Shown here: positions 43,218-53,836 of the stretch, piece by piece
Position numbering within the stretch: position 1 is the first letter of the stretch
Layout of the letters: every line of letters begins with the position of its first letter
NCBI GenBank assembly: GCA_963664875.1
Contig: OY761611.1
Span: 2,368,001-2,432,000, forward strand
Source of the DNA: Candidatus Kapaibacterium sp.
GTDB lineage: Bacteria > Bacteroidota > Ignavibacteria > Kapaibacteriales > UBA2268
Direction of reading: 5' to 3'
Length of the DNA stretch: 64,000 nt
Made by a program: the position numbers and the translations under genes
Notes under the pieces: model-generated
What the model saw: only the letters and a program-made list of their open reading frames with translations
Database searches by the model: none
What the model was told of the DNA's origin: nothing

Positions 43218-43492
43218 AAATATTCCAATTATGTAATTTGGTTTTCGCCTAAGTCTATTTACTATTGACATCAATAAATATTTCAAATCATTGCTTCGAG
43301 TTCGATGCCAAATTAACTTGGAGGCAGTTTTGCCGTTGTAGTTTGCTCTTGTTGCAATAATCAAACCAAAATCTCTACTTTTACTGTCCACAAAGTTACA
43401 AATAAACTCCCTCATCAACACAATCTGCAGCACTATACAATTTTATCATATTACAGTCTAAATACATATAATCAAATTTTGTATCTTTGTGT

Positions 43493-43954
43493 ATGGATAA
43501 TATCAATTTAAAAGAAATAATCGCGGCTTCTATAGTCGAACCTTATTTGGCTGATGTCAGCAAGAGTGTGTCATTACCGGTGATAGAAGAGCCTGCGAAC
43601 GCAGGTGCAAATCTGCCCTTTTTGAACGAAGATCTATTCAAAAAGAGCATGGATTTGAATGACGAGTTTATTCACCAGCCTGCCAATAATTTCATCTTTA
43701 AAGTCAGTGGTGATTCTATGCAGCCTGATATTGAAGATGGTTGCCTTGTTGTGGTCGATACATTAAAAAAGTGTATGAGTGGAAGTATTGTGATTGCTGC
43801 TGTTGATGGCTCTTTAGTTATCAAAAGATATATCGAAGAAAATGGCAGAGCTTATTTGAGATCTTCAAATAGATATTATAGAGATATTCCAATTACAGAG
43901 TTTACGGACTTCCAGATTTGGGGAGTTGTGATTTCTAAACATACGCGGTTATAA
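43493..43954 (+). CDS. S24 family peptidase (UmuD-like)
   Basis: Ala-Gly site (NAG), VSGDSM, VIKR, IWGVV; no HTH domain. Confidence 0.8.
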   Translation: MDNINLKEIIAASIVEPYLADVSKSVSLPVIEEPANAGANLPFLNEDLFKKSMDLNDEFIHQPANNFIFKVSGDSMQPDIEDGCLVVVDTLKKCMSGSIVIAAVDGSLVIKRYIEENGRAYLRSSNRYYRDIPITEFTDFQIWGVVISKHTRL

Positions 43955-43969
43955 AATATAAAGTAAAAT

Positions 43970-44620
43970 ATGCGAATAATAGATTTTAAAAGTAAATATG
44001 ACGCTTGCATAATTCTTAACGCGGACTATCCTGATACGGATTTTTTCGAGAAGATGAATAATGTACCAATCATTGCAGCCGACGGTGCTGCCAATCGTAT
44101 GCTCAAGGAAAAAAGGCATATTGACTATATTATAGGTGATCTCGACAGCCTTGATCATGGCTATGTTTTAGCAGAAAACACAAAGTTGATACAAATCAAA
44201 GATCAGGAAACGAATGATTTTGAAAAAGCTTTAAAATTTTGTATTGATTCTAATTATAGTAATGTAGTAGTTGCCGGATTTCACGGTGGCGAATTGGAAC
44301 ACAGCCTGAACAATTGGAGTGTTTTTGCGAGATTTTCCAAATTGCTTACTCTTTGCATTTTTGACAAAGGCAGGTATGGCTTTGCAGTAAATGAGAGCGT
44401 CCAAATCTTATCATATAAAGGCGAAACAGTGTCACTCATTCCCCAGTGTAAATGTAAGCTCACAAGTTACAATTTGAAATGGAGTCTGAGTAATGAGTAT
44501 TTAGAGATAGGCATAAGAGAAGGAGCAAGGAATGTTTCTTTGTCTGACAGCTTCAGTCTCGATATATTTGAAGGTGAGCTTATAGTTTTTGTAGATGCAA
44601 AACTTCCATATTCTTTGTAA
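43970..44620 (+). CDS. thiN: Thiamine pyrophosphokinase
   Basis: AADGAAN, IGDLDS, DQETNDFEKAL. Confidence 0.9.
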   Translation: MRIIDFKSKYDACIILNADYPDTDFFEKMNNVPIIAADGAANRMLKEKRHIDYIIGDLDSLDHGYVLAENTKLIQIKDQETNDFEKALKFCIDSNYSNVVVAGFHGGELEHSLNNWSVFARFSKLLTLCIFDKGRYGFAVNESVQILSYKGETVSLIPQCKCKLTSYNLKWSLSNEYLEIGIREGARNVSLSDSFSLDIFEGELIVFVDAKLPYSL

Positions 44621-44703
44621 TTGTTATTGAATATTTCTACAAAATGATTTGAATACGAAAGAGCTATGTTTTGTTCAAATTATTTAAAAAAATCTCTCTT
44701 GCT

Positions 44704-45135
44704 TTATCTCACAGGTTCTGTTGACGGAAATTCTGTAGTAATTATAATTTTATCGATATTTTTTACCGCAATAGCTCTTTTTCCGCCAAGTATGCGGGAG
44801 CGCTCCCCAAAAAGACTATCATTTCTAAAATAGAGAGTATTGAAATAGCATTTCATTACTTCGCCGTCTTTTCCGTAAATTTCAAACTGTGTGTTTTTGT
44901 CAGGATAAAGCCAAACTTCGGCACCGTCATCATTGATGCACTTTATTTTTTCTATCTTGTTGGCTAAGTAGCTATTAGTATTGAACATAGACCAGTCCGA
45001 AGATACCTCGTATGCCGGACTATTTACAAGCTGCGATACTAAACTTTCGGTGCTTATACTAAAAGAAACGCAACCGGAAATCAGAAGTGTGATTGCAGCA
45101 ACTAAAGCTATTTTGAAAAATATAGTAAAAGACAT
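44704..45135 (-). CDS. Hypothetical lipoprotein
   Basis: GGAG RBS before ATG 45135; lipobox ISGC. Confidence 0.65.
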   Translation of the reverse strand: MSFTIFFKIALVAAITLLISGCVSFSISTESLVSQLVNSPAYEVSSDWSMFNTNSYLANKIEKIKCINDDGAEVWLYPDKNTQFEIYGKDGEVMKCYFNTLYFRNDSLFGERSRILGGKRAIAVKNIDKIIITTEFPSTEPVR

Positions 45136-45213
45136 ATTTTCTCCGTTTTTTTTAAAAGCTACTTGTGATAGAGCCTTGATTGTTATGTATTGCATGACTG
45201 ATAAATCGGAATA

Positions 45214-46086
45214 TTATTTCTCTTTCAATATTCTCATCTGCAAAATAGAAAAGATAATCAGAATGATAAACAAGGTATAGGCAATTGCCGAGGCATAACC
45301 CATTAAATCAGACTCTTTGAAGGCGTTTTCGTAAACCTGATAAACAAGCGTAGTGGTTGAATGCAGAGGGCCTCCCTTTGTCATAACAAAGACCTCAACA
45401 AAAACCTGAAATGATTTGATGCCGTTTATTATCAGCACGAATACAAGTGTAGGTCGGAGTAGCGGGAAAGTAATCTCCCAAAATTGCCTGATTGGGGAAG
45501 CGCCGTTAAGTTCCGCAGCTTCGTACAAATCATTCGGGATTGTCTGCATACCTGCCAAAAAAAGCACCATATAGTATCCGGAAGCCATCCATATATCCAT
45601 AGCCATAATAGAAAGTAAAGCGCTTGAAGGTTCGGCAAGCCAGCCTCTTTCTGTCCCTGCAAAGCCTAACATCTTTACAATTGCATTTACATATCCGTCT
45701 ATGGAATATAGATTTGTAAAAATCAGAGCTATTACAACCAATGCGGTCACTGAAGGCATGAAATATGCAGCCCGAAAGACTTCTTTGAGTTTTATATATT
45801 TTTTATTTAGAGAATTAGCCATAAAAAGAGCTAAAGCTGTAGTAATTGGTACACTTCCCAGAGTGAATAAACTTGTATTGGAAAGAGCTTTCCAAAAAAG
45901 TTCGTCACTCAGCATATTGGAATAGTTTTCCAATCCTATCCAAATTGCCTCCCCCGTTAATGCATTGTATTCGGTCATACTCATATATGCTGAATAAATC
46001 AGAGGGTATAGCCAAAAGATACTAAATGTCAAAATCCAAGGCAAAAGCATAATAAATGTGTTGATTTTTGACTTCGTGCTGTTCAT
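45214..46086 (-). CDS. Carbohydrate ABC transporter permease
   Basis: WIGLENY, EAA motif LYEAAELNGAS, GYASAIA. Confidence 0.92.
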   Translation of the reverse strand: MNSTKSKINTFIMLLPWILTFSIFWLYPLIYSAYMSMTEYNALTGEAIWIGLENYSNMLSDELFWKALSNTSLFTLGSVPITTALALFMANSLNKKYIKLKEVFRAAYFMPSVTALVVIALIFTNLYSIDGYVNAIVKMLGFAGTERGWLAEPSSALLSIMAMDIWMASGYYMVLFLAGMQTIPNDLYEAAELNGASPIRQFWEITFPLLRPTLVFVLIINGIKSFQVFVEVFVMTKGGPLHSTTTLVYQVYENAFKESDLMGYASAIAYTLFIILIIFSILQMRILKEK

Positions 46087-46682
46087 CAGGTAAAATACTC
46101 CATAAGCATTTTATAAAGTAGCTGCAGAGGCAAACCAACTATGTTATAGTAGCAACCTTCGATTCTATTCACAAAGACTGCTCCAAAATCGTCTTGGATA
46201 CCATAAGCTCCTGCTTTGTCCATAGGGGAGCCGGTTGAAATATAGGCATCTATTTCTTTGTCATTCAGCTGCCTGAAGCTCACTTTTGTTTCTTCATATC
46301 TAATGTCTTCCTTACCGTTAGCACTATCGTAGAGAGCAACACCTGTGTAAACCGTGTGTGTATTCGAACTTAGTTTTTGAAGCATCTTTGCAGCGTCTTT
46401 GCTGTCAGCAGGCTTTTCAAGTATTTCGTTGCCAAGCACCACGATAGTATCTGAGCCAATATACAAGCCTTCTGCATCTCCTGAAGCAGCAGCCTTTGCT
46501 TTCTCTATAGCCAAAGACATTACATATTGCTCAGGTGCAAGGTTGCCATGATTAATTTCTTCAATGCTCGCAGGTTTGACTTCAAATTCGAGTCCAAGCA
46601 TCTCCAGTAAAAACTTCCTTCGTGGAGATTGCGAAGCAAGAACAATTCGCTTATTGATATCTATAATTTGAGTGATATTCAT
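46086..46682 (-). CDS. maf: Maf/YhdE nucleotide pyrophosphatase
   Basis: LASQSPRR, GSDTIV, DKAGAYGIQ, NIVGLP. Confidence 0.94.
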   Translation of the reverse strand: MNITQIIDINKRIVLASQSPRRKFLLEMLGLEFEVKPASIEEINHGNLAPEQYVMSLAIEKAKAAASGDAEGLYIGSDTIVVLGNEILEKPADSKDAAKMLQKLSSNTHTVYTGVALYDSANGKEDIRYEETKVSFRQLNDKEIDAYISTGSPMDKAGAYGIQDDFGAVFVNRIEGCYYNIVGLPLQLLYKMLMEYFT

Positions 46683-46930
46683 CTTTTTATTATTGCTTGA
46701 AAAAAGTAAAGGAGTTATAAGTTTAAAGTATGCCCCGTCAAATACTTGCTTTGGCTTAAGCTAAATAGAACACTTGTAAGCCTAAAATGTGAAGCTGAAA
46801 CACATCTCATAAATAACTATTAGTCCGACGAAGGATAAAAAAGATCTACAATAGCACTTCATACCTATCGTTGATGTCTTCAATCAACGAGAACAAATAG
46901 ATTACTTGAAACTGTATCAGGCATAAGCAG

Positions 46931-47917
46931 TTATTTTACGGCTGCTATCAATTCTTTGATTATATCATTAGTACTAATATTTTCAGCTTCAGCACTAAAG
47001 TTTGTTACAATTCTGTGGCGAAGCACAGAGAAGGCAACTGAATTTATATCATCTATTTCAGGAGAGTATCTGCCTTGTAGTGCAGCTCGCGATTTTGCAC
47101 CCAAAATTAAGTACTGAGAAGCTCTTGGCCCTGCACCATAGCTGAGATAATCCTTAACATAAGCAACATTACTTTCAGATGGTCTTGTCGCCCTGACCAT
47201 TTTAACTGCATATTTAATAACATTGTCAGCTACCGGAACTCTTCTAATTAATTCCTGGTATTCTATAATTTTATTTCCGTCGAGTACTTTTTCTATCTGA
47301 GGTTTATATTCAGCAGTAGTAGAGCGAACTATATTAATTTCTTCTTCTAAAGTAGGATAGTCCAGCCACAAATTGAACATAAACCGGTCGAGCTGTGCTT
47401 CAGGCAAAGGATAAGTTCCTTCCTGCTCTATTGGGTTCTGAGTAGAAAGTACAAAAAACGGCTCTTGTAGCTGATAAGTAGTGCCTGCCGCCGTTACCGC
47501 GTGCTCTTCCATCGCTTCTAAAAGAGCAGATTGAGTCTTTGGCGGTGTTCTGTTTATCTCGTCAGCTAATACGATATTAGAAAAGATAGGACCTTTCACA
47601 AATTTGAAAGTTTTAGCTCCTGTTGCCAAATTGTCCTCTATTACCTCATTACCGGAAATATCTCCGGGCATCAAATCCGGCGTAAACTGAATTCGGCTAA
47701 AATCTAAATCGAGTGTGCGAGACAAAGTCCTGATAAGAAGTGTCTTTGCTAAACCCGGTACGCCAATCAGAAGGCAGTGTCCTTTAGCAAACAAAGAAAT
47801 AAGCAGCTGATCTATTATATCATGCTGTCCGATAATTACTTTTCCAATTTCAGCTTTGACTTTTTTAATTGCAGAAGATAATTCCGCAACAAGTTGAGTA
47901 TCATTTCTTTCCGGCAT
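46931..47917 (-). CDS. MoxR family AAA+ ATPase
   Basis: GVPGLAKT, RIQFTPDLMP, DEINR, QNPIEQEGTYPLPEAQLDRF. Confidence 0.95.
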   Translation of the reverse strand: MPERNDTQLVAELSSAIKKVKAEIGKVIIGQHDIIDQLLISLFAKGHCLLIGVPGLAKTLLIRTLSRTLDLDFSRIQFTPDLMPGDISGNEVIEDNLATGAKTFKFVKGPIFSNIVLADEINRTPPKTQSALLEAMEEHAVTAAGTTYQLQEPFFVLSTQNPIEQEGTYPLPEAQLDRFMFNLWLDYPTLEEEINIVRSTTAEYKPQIEKVLDGNKIIEYQELIRRVPVADNVIKYAVKMVRATRPSESNVAYVKDYLSYGAGPRASQYLILGAKSRAALQGRYSPEIDDINSVAFSVLRHRIVTNFSAEAENISTNDIIKELIAAVK

Positions 47918-48261
47918 CTATTCTCTCTTGTTTTAATTTATATCAATATTTATCATATCTCATTGCAATATCAACCATTAGGGAAATACGGAGCAACTGT
48001 TCTTATGTTGCAGAGTCCAAACTATTTGGATATCAAAGCATTTGATACATATCGCTGATTGTAAATATTGCAGTTTGTAATATACAATCCAATTTTGTCT
48101 TATTCAAATGATTAGAGCTAAAGAACTAGTCAATACAAACGGGAAAGCAATTGTTTAACGGTCATTTATCATCAGGACGCAAAAATACTTATACATTGCT
48201 TTATTTTCCGGGCATAATAAACATCGTATTAATATGTAAATTTTACAATATCAAGCATTGT

Positions 48262-48956
48262 ACAAGGTTAAGGTTGCTGAGCTGAGAGCTTATGCCGAGT
48301 AAAGTCGAGGCAAAGCATAACCCTTGCCTATAAACAAGATAATGACTTGATTGGGTTTTCAAATGACATTTTCCATCTAACTAATTGCAAGAAAGTAGTT
48401 GTTAGAATGAAAGACAACGATATGAAGAAAATTTTTATTATTTTAAACCATATTGAGTTTATTAGTTAAACGTTGCGGTCGAATAATATAGGTTAATAAG
48501 AATATATTTTTAGCCTGAAAGGCTGATAGATAATAGCCCATGGCAGCGCCATGGGACGGTTGCAAGTATTGAGTAAACAGAGCCCTGTAAGGGCGGCAAG
48601 GTTTTCCTATACAGGAGATATAAATAAGAGATTGGTGTTACTTTTTCCATTTCTTTTTCTTTTTTTTGCGATAAAAAAGAAACGGCACTTCGACAAGTTC
48701 AGTGACCTTTGGAAAAAGAAAAAAGAACGCTTTGTCTCCTCTCCTCATATAGTGTTTAAGCGTAAGAAGCACATCCAATTAAGGAATTACTGAAAACAAA
48801 TGTATATATTAAGGAGTGCTGATGCAATATATAGGCAATAGACGGACTATTTACTATGATATCATATATTTTTTCGACTAAATGATATTTATAGAGAAAA
48901 AAATAGACAAACAGTTAGCTCCTTTTTGCCACAAACGCAAGTTTGTATTAGGGATT
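48262..48956 (+). repeat. Dispersed ~690-bp non-coding element, copy 2
   Basis: Colinear match to 9422-10104; hairpins at 48512-48524, 48537-48555 and 48582-48594. Confidence 0.92.
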
Positions 48957-49120
48957 AGGAATTAACCGAGATAAAGACCAATAAGTCTTTTCTAAGATCA
49001 ATAGCGAGTCAAACCTTATATTGCTATTTTGATAATCGAATTCAGGAAAAAATATTAAATTGCCTTATTCGATTACAAAATCTGATGTTTTTACAATAGT
49101 TCACCAAAGGGAAGATAATT

Positions 49121-49942
49121 ATGGAAAAATTTAATTGGATAGAAGCCGGAAGCTATAGCGATATCAGGTATCACAAGATGGAAGGTATCGCAAAAATCAC
49201 AATTAACAGACCTGAAAGAAGAAATGCTTTTAGACCGCAAACTGTAATGCAAATGTCGAAAGCTCTGGAAGATGCAAGAATGGATCCGGAGATTGGTGTA
49301 ATTATTCTCACAGGCGAAGGAGAAAAAGCATTTTGCTCCGGTGGCGACCAAAAAATTCGAGGAGATGCCGGATATAAAGACGATGATGGTGTAATGCATT
49401 TAAATGTTTTAGATTTCCAAAGGCAAATAAGAACCTGCCCTAAACCAATTGTTGCTATGGTCGCAGGATATGCTATCGGGGGTGGACATGTTTTACACAT
49501 GATGTGTGACTTGACTATAAGTGCAGATAATGCTATCTACGGCCAGACAGGTCCGAAAGTAGGTTCCTTTGATGGCGGATATGGAGCCAGCTACATGGCA
49601 AGAATAGTAGGTCAAAAAAAGGCGAGAGAAATATGGTTTCTTTGCAGACAATATGATGCCAAACAAGCTTTAGAAATGGGGCTTGTTAATACAGTTGTTC
49701 CTCTCGATAAATTGGAAGAAGAAACTGTGCAATGGTGCCGCGAGATGCTTGCTAATTCACCTATTGCACTAAGATGCCTAAAAGCTGCTCTCAATGCAGA
49801 CTGCGATGGCCAGGCAGGCCTGCAGGAACTTGCAGGAAATGCGACTATGCTGTTTTACATGTCCGAAGAAGGGCAGGAAGGCAGAAATGCATTTGTAGAA
49901 AAACGTAAACCTGATTTCAGCAAATTTACTCGCCGTCCTTAA
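49121..49942 (+). CDS. menB: 1,4-dihydroxy-2-naphthoyl-CoA synthase
   Basis: [28 protein letters not shown]. Confidence 0.97.
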   Translation: MEKFNWIEAGSYSDIRYHKMEGIAKITINRPERRNAFRPQTVMQMSKALEDARMDPEIGVIILTGEGEKAFCSGGDQKIRGDAGYKDDDGVMHLNVLDFQRQIRTCPKPIVAMVAGYAIGGGHVLHMMCDLTISADNAIYGQTGPKVGSFDGGYGASYMARIVGQKKAREIWFLCRQYDAKQALEMGLVNTVVPLDKLEEETVQWCREMLANSPIALRCLKAALNADCDGQAGLQELAGNATMLFYMSEEGQEGRNAFVEKRKPDFSKFTRRP

Positions 49943-49988
49943 TTATATTTTTTCTGATAATTTTTGACGGGTTAATGATATTATTTAG

Positions 49989-50033
49989 AAAGCTAATTAG
50001 AGTTGTTTTTTATCGAAGACTCTAATTAGCTTT
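49989..50033 (+). terminator. Hairpin after menB
   Basis: AAAGCTAATTAGAGT...ACTCTAATTAGCTTT. Confidence 0.7.
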
Positions 50034-50048
50034 ACTAATATGAAAACC

Positions 50049-50079
50049 AAAAAAAAAGCTGCTCACAAGAGCAGCTTTT
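50049..50079 (-). terminator. Terminator after rplS
   Basis: AAAAGCTGCTC-ACAA-GAGCAGCTTTT with a long A-run. Confidence 0.8.
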
Positions 50080-50095
50080 AGTACAATTTTTGCTT

Positions 50096-50476
50096 TTAGC
50101 TGAGTTTTTGGCGGATTTTCTTTTCGGACATTCCACGTAAGTAGTATAATTTAGAACGACGTACACGACCTTCTCTTACTACTTCTATTTTTTGAATCAT
50201 TGGAGAGAAAAGAGGAAAAATTCTTTCTACACCAACGCCATTAGATACTTTTCTAACGAGGAACGTTTCTTGGATACTTCCGCCGGAACGTGCGATTACG
50301 ATACCTTTGAAATTCTGAATACGTTCTTTTTCACCTTCAACTACACGTACAGAAACGATTACTGTATCGCCGGCTTTGAACTTAGGAATTTCTGCAAAGT
50401 TATCGCCATCTTTTGCTTTGCGTGCTTCAACAGCAGTATTTACCGCCATCTGATTTACATAATCAATAGCATTCAT
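50096..50476 (-). CDS. rplS: 50S ribosomal protein L19
   Basis: [34 protein letters not shown]. Confidence 0.97.
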   Translation of the reverse strand: MNAIDYVNQMAVNTAVEARKAKDGDNFAEIPKFKAGDTVIVSVRVVEGEKERIQNFKGIVIARSGGSIQETFLVRKVSNGVGVERIFPLFSPMIQKIEVVREGRVRRSKLYYLRGMSEKKIRQKLS

Positions 50477-50628
50477 TGTATCCGACTCCCAAAAAATTAC
50501 GAGCTACAAATATAGCTACTATTTATTTCTTAAACAAATTATTTTCAATTATCAAAATTTATTTATCCCCATTCTGCATTGCAGAGGACTACAAATATAG
50601 CAAAATTTTTGATATTTGAATAAATAAT

Positions 50629-53067
50629 TTACATTGGCCACGATACTGAGATCGCCCAGTTAAACCTTCCGCCTGCCTGCTTGCCTATACCCCAGCGGGT
50701 ATCGAATGTTAGGAACACAACGTTGCTTATAAGTACCGGGATTCTGCCCAAGCTGACTCCGACTTCGCTGTATCCGTCTTTCAGCTCTTCAATATTTCCG
50801 AATGTTTGCCAAATTTTTATATCGGAATTTTGATAAAACTGACCGGTCGAGGCAGCTAATATCAAATCTAATCCACGCCCGTCTATCAGCGGCAAGCCAA
50901 GAGCTCGCCACCAAATATCAGTAAAATTGTATCGTGCATGATAGGTCTGAAACGCTTTACTGCTAAATGTTGTTCGTGGTGACGAAACAAAGTTCCCAAA
51001 TTGAGAAAATATGAACATATCTGTTCGCATACGGAACTGATACTGAATAGGCAGATTGTTTGAGCCAATTCCGTGATGCAGTAAAAGCTCGAACTTTTGC
51101 GAAGAGTATCCTGTGTTTACTATTGGTATAGACATAAAAAAGCGTCCCTGAAGTGAGCGGAAAGACTCTCCGCTGCTTGTCTTTTCTCCATAGAGTGCTT
51201 CTATTTCGGCATTGCTGGTGATGCCTCTAGTAAAATTGATAAAGTCGAACTTACCAAACTTAGCTTTGACTTTTGCAGTTCGGTAATGCCCTGGATCGCA
51301 GGCTGTATTTTCTAACCATGGATCTCCATGTACATAATCACCATGCAGCAGTAACGATCGTTCTGTCGATTTTTGGAGAGAAGAATGCATCGAAGAGTTG
51401 ACTTCGCCCCTTAGTTCGAAAAATGTATTCTCGTAGTTAAGTCCTAAAGTCCATCCGTCATTGCGATAATAATCGAAGAAGTCTCTATGAAAAAAAAGTG
51501 CAATCAGTGAATTGGCAAATCTATTGTATCCGTTATTTATCATTATTGCAACATCAGAATATGCCTTAAAGTCAAAATAAAGACTTTTGTATTTTGTATG
51601 GTAGAGGTAATCAGTAAACTGAATATAGCCATAGGGAAGTTTCTGACCGAAGCTGTATGAGCCGTTTAGTCGTAGCTCGTAGTCACGGTATTGAAGTATT
51701 GGAGTAAGTCCGAAAGCAAGAGCATTTACTCTATTGAAATCGAAATAAGGTACCATTTTGCCTTTGAGTCTAAATGGCGAAAATCTCCAATGATCAATGC
51801 TGTCGAGACTGTCGCGCTGCAACTTGGCAGTCAGTTCTCTAAGCTCAATTTCAGTGCGTGCGTGTCGATGCCAAAAATCCAAACCCACGGAATCAGCCAT
51901 AGGCAAATAATCAATAGCAAAATCAGGGCGCTTAAGTTCCTCTTCGTCATACAAAAAGTCTGGCAGTTTATCGTTAAGTTCAACAGCGTCATAGATACTT
52001 ACAGCATGTGCTTCGGTAGTAACATCAACATATTTATACAGCATCTGCACTTTGACTTTTGCTGTAACTTCGAGAAAAGCCCAATGCCAGACTCCCGGTT
52101 TGTATTCTTCATATCTTTGATAAAGGAAAACCTGCTCCAGTAATGGGATTTTGGTTTGCCTTGCCGGTCTGATATCAATTTCAATGATATTAAAATTAGC
52201 ACCTTCTATTTTGACACTGCCTTCCAATGTAGGAAAGACATCGTCTTTGGAGACAATTTCAATTTCGTAAATATAGTTTCCATTGTAAAAAAGTACGTTA
52301 TTGAGCTCGAAATCGTAATGCTCAGACGCGTCTTCTGCAAATGGGGATTTGATATGAAGGCTCATGAAGTCAATATCTTCTGCTCTGATAGTAATAAATT
52401 TCAGCATTTGAAACAAATGCTCTTCTGCATCAAAATCAGCAGTGTTGCGTTGCTTTTTAACTATTTTTTTTTCTATATGCTTATCGTAGTCATAATAGTC
52501 TTCACTAAACTTCTCAGTAACAAATAATCTGTCCAAATCTCTGAATATCGCTTTTTGAGGGGTAGTTATCTTTATGCCTGTTCCCACATTTCTCAGTACG
52601 CCCCAGTCTGTACCTTTAAGATGAAGCCTGAGTTTGGAATAGTTTGAACCTTTAAATGTAGAAATATGCTTTTGAAGTAGTGTGTTTCTGGCAAGCCTCA
52701 TGATTTCGAGCGGGTCGTCAAGATATGTCAAGCTCGTATCGGCTGCTGCCATATTTTGTTTGAGGCTGATAGCAAATGAGCTAACAGACATATCATATAC
52801 CACAATAGTATCGCGATACCCCGGTGAAGTAAATCTTATTCTCGAAAGTCCATTATCTGCCGGAAGTCTGAATTCTCCGTTCATAAGAGAAAATGTTATG
52901 GCTCCGTTTTCTAAATTTTCACATTTAACTCCCGGAAGGGCTAAAGTGTTCCTATTGTCGTAGATTTTACCAAATGCAGCTGTAGGTTCGGTCTCGGCGT
53001 GCAAACTTTGAAAGCAAATAAAAGCTGTCAGCAAGCTAATCAGTATTTGCTCCAAAGGATTTTGCAT
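50629..53067 (-). CDS. Carboxypeptidase-regulatory-like domain / DUF5686-type outer membrane protein
   Basis: N-terminal GKIYD..LPGV..NGEF..SPGY domain; beta-barrel-like C-terminus. Confidence 0.6.
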   Translation of the reverse strand: MQNPLEQILISLLTAFICFQSLHAETEPTAAFGKIYDNRNTLALPGVKCENLENGAITFSLMNGEFRLPADNGLSRIRFTSPGYRDTIVVYDMSVSSFAISLKQNMAAADTSLTYLDDPLEIMRLARNTLLQKHISTFKGSNYSKLRLHLKGTDWGVLRNVGTGIKITTPQKAIFRDLDRLFVTEKFSEDYYDYDKHIEKKIVKKQRNTADFDAEEHLFQMLKFITIRAEDIDFMSLHIKSPFAEDASEHYDFELNNVLFYNGNYIYEIEIVSKDDVFPTLEGSVKIEGANFNIIEIDIRPARQTKIPLLEQVFLYQRYEEYKPGVWHWAFLEVTAKVKVQMLYKYVDVTTEAHAVSIYDAVELNDKLPDFLYDEEELKRPDFAIDYLPMADSVGLDFWHRHARTEIELRELTAKLQRDSLDSIDHWRFSPFRLKGKMVPYFDFNRVNALAFGLTPILQYRDYELRLNGSYSFGQKLPYGYIQFTDYLYHTKYKSLYFDFKAYSDVAIMINNGYNRFANSLIALFFHRDFFDYYRNDGWTLGLNYENTFFELRGEVNSSMHSSLQKSTERSLLLHGDYVHGDPWLENTACDPGHYRTAKVKAKFGKFDFINFTRGITSNAEIEALYGEKTSSGESFRSLQGRFFMSIPIVNTGYSSQKFELLLHHGIGSNNLPIQYQFRMRTDMFIFSQFGNFVSSPRTTFSSKAFQTYHARYNFTDIWWRALGLPLIDGRGLDLILAASTGQFYQNSDIKIWQTFGNIEELKDGYSEVGVSLGRIPVLISNVVFLTFDTRWGIGKQAGGRFNWAISVSWPM

Positions 53068-53212
53068 GATGATTTCCTATAATCATTTACTTAATTAAGC
53101 AGACAAAAAATATAAGAGTATTTTTCAATTTTACCAAAATATACTTTTACATTTCTACGCAAAACTAAATTTGTTTATTTTTGGAAAAGCACATTACTTA
53201 ATTGGATTATTT

Positions 53213-53800
53213 ATGGGAATCTTGCAATATTTCGGCCTTGCATTGCAGAAACTAACTCCTGAAGAGCAGGATATATGCATCAAACTTGGCTTTGATGAGG
53301 AGCTAATGCGTCTATTGAAAACTGAAACGGACAGCCCTTTGGCTATTGAAAATTCTAACTTCATAGCAGCGGTGGTTTCACCTGCCAAACCCGAACAGGC
53401 ATATACAATAATCAAAAACTGCAAAAAACGATTTACAGACAGGTCCATGAGGCTCTTCGCAAATAGTGAAAAAGAAAGCGATACTCGAATTGTCTCATTT
53501 TATTCTGTCAACGAAAGTAATATACTTCAGTTTGCCGGCACTAATGGCAAGACTCAAGAAACAACAACAGAAAAGCTAATGGAATATATTGAAAGTTGGG
53601 AGAAACAATGCGATTTTGTTGTAATGGGTGCAGGCAGTGATTGGCTTCAACTCGAATTTGCAACTATTCCCGAAGATAGCCTTTCTTTTGCACAAGAAGT
53701 ATTTGAAATATGCCCTGATATCGCAGATGAAATAAACTCCGAAGAAAAGCTAATCGAGTCCATAAAACGCAGCAAAATCTTAGGTCTGTGGTGGGATTAA
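53213..53800 (+). CDS. DUF4253-like protein
   Basis: FAQEVFEICPD motif and C-terminal LWWD. Confidence 0.75.
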   Translation: MGILQYFGLALQKLTPEEQDICIKLGFDEELMRLLKTETDSPLAIENSNFIAAVVSPAKPEQAYTIIKNCKKRFTDRSMRLFANSEKESDTRIVSFYSVNESNILQFAGTNGKTQETTTEKLMEYIESWEKQCDFVVMGAGSDWLQLEFATIPEDSLSFAQEVFEICPDIADEINSEEKLIESIKRSKILGLWWD

Positions 53801-53836
53801 ACGGGATGTGCCTTTCAGTGCTCATCCCTGATAGTT
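53798..53836 (+). repeat. 39-bp palindromic direct repeat, copy 1
   Basis: TAAACGGGATGTGCCTTTCAGTGCTCATCCCTGATAGTT, identical to 55898-55936. Confidence 0.9.

Noticed and set aside
43295-43315. GTTCGA T-loop-like motif suggesting a tRNA
   Set aside because: No T-stem pairing or cloverleaf around it
43218-43433. 72-aa N-terminal extension of HemW in the ORF track
   Set aside because: HemW family proteins start just before YIHxPFC; the extension overlaps the divergent promoter region
48551-48793. 80-aa ORF inside the dispersed element
   Set aside because: The equivalent frame in copy 1 (from 9710) stops early after a poly-T length difference; the peptide is largely translated hairpins and homopolymers
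53798-53836. 39-bp repeat as an integron attC site
   Set aside because: It has AAC...GTT ends but is too short, does not fit RYYYAAC/GTTRRRY in both copies, and no integrase is present
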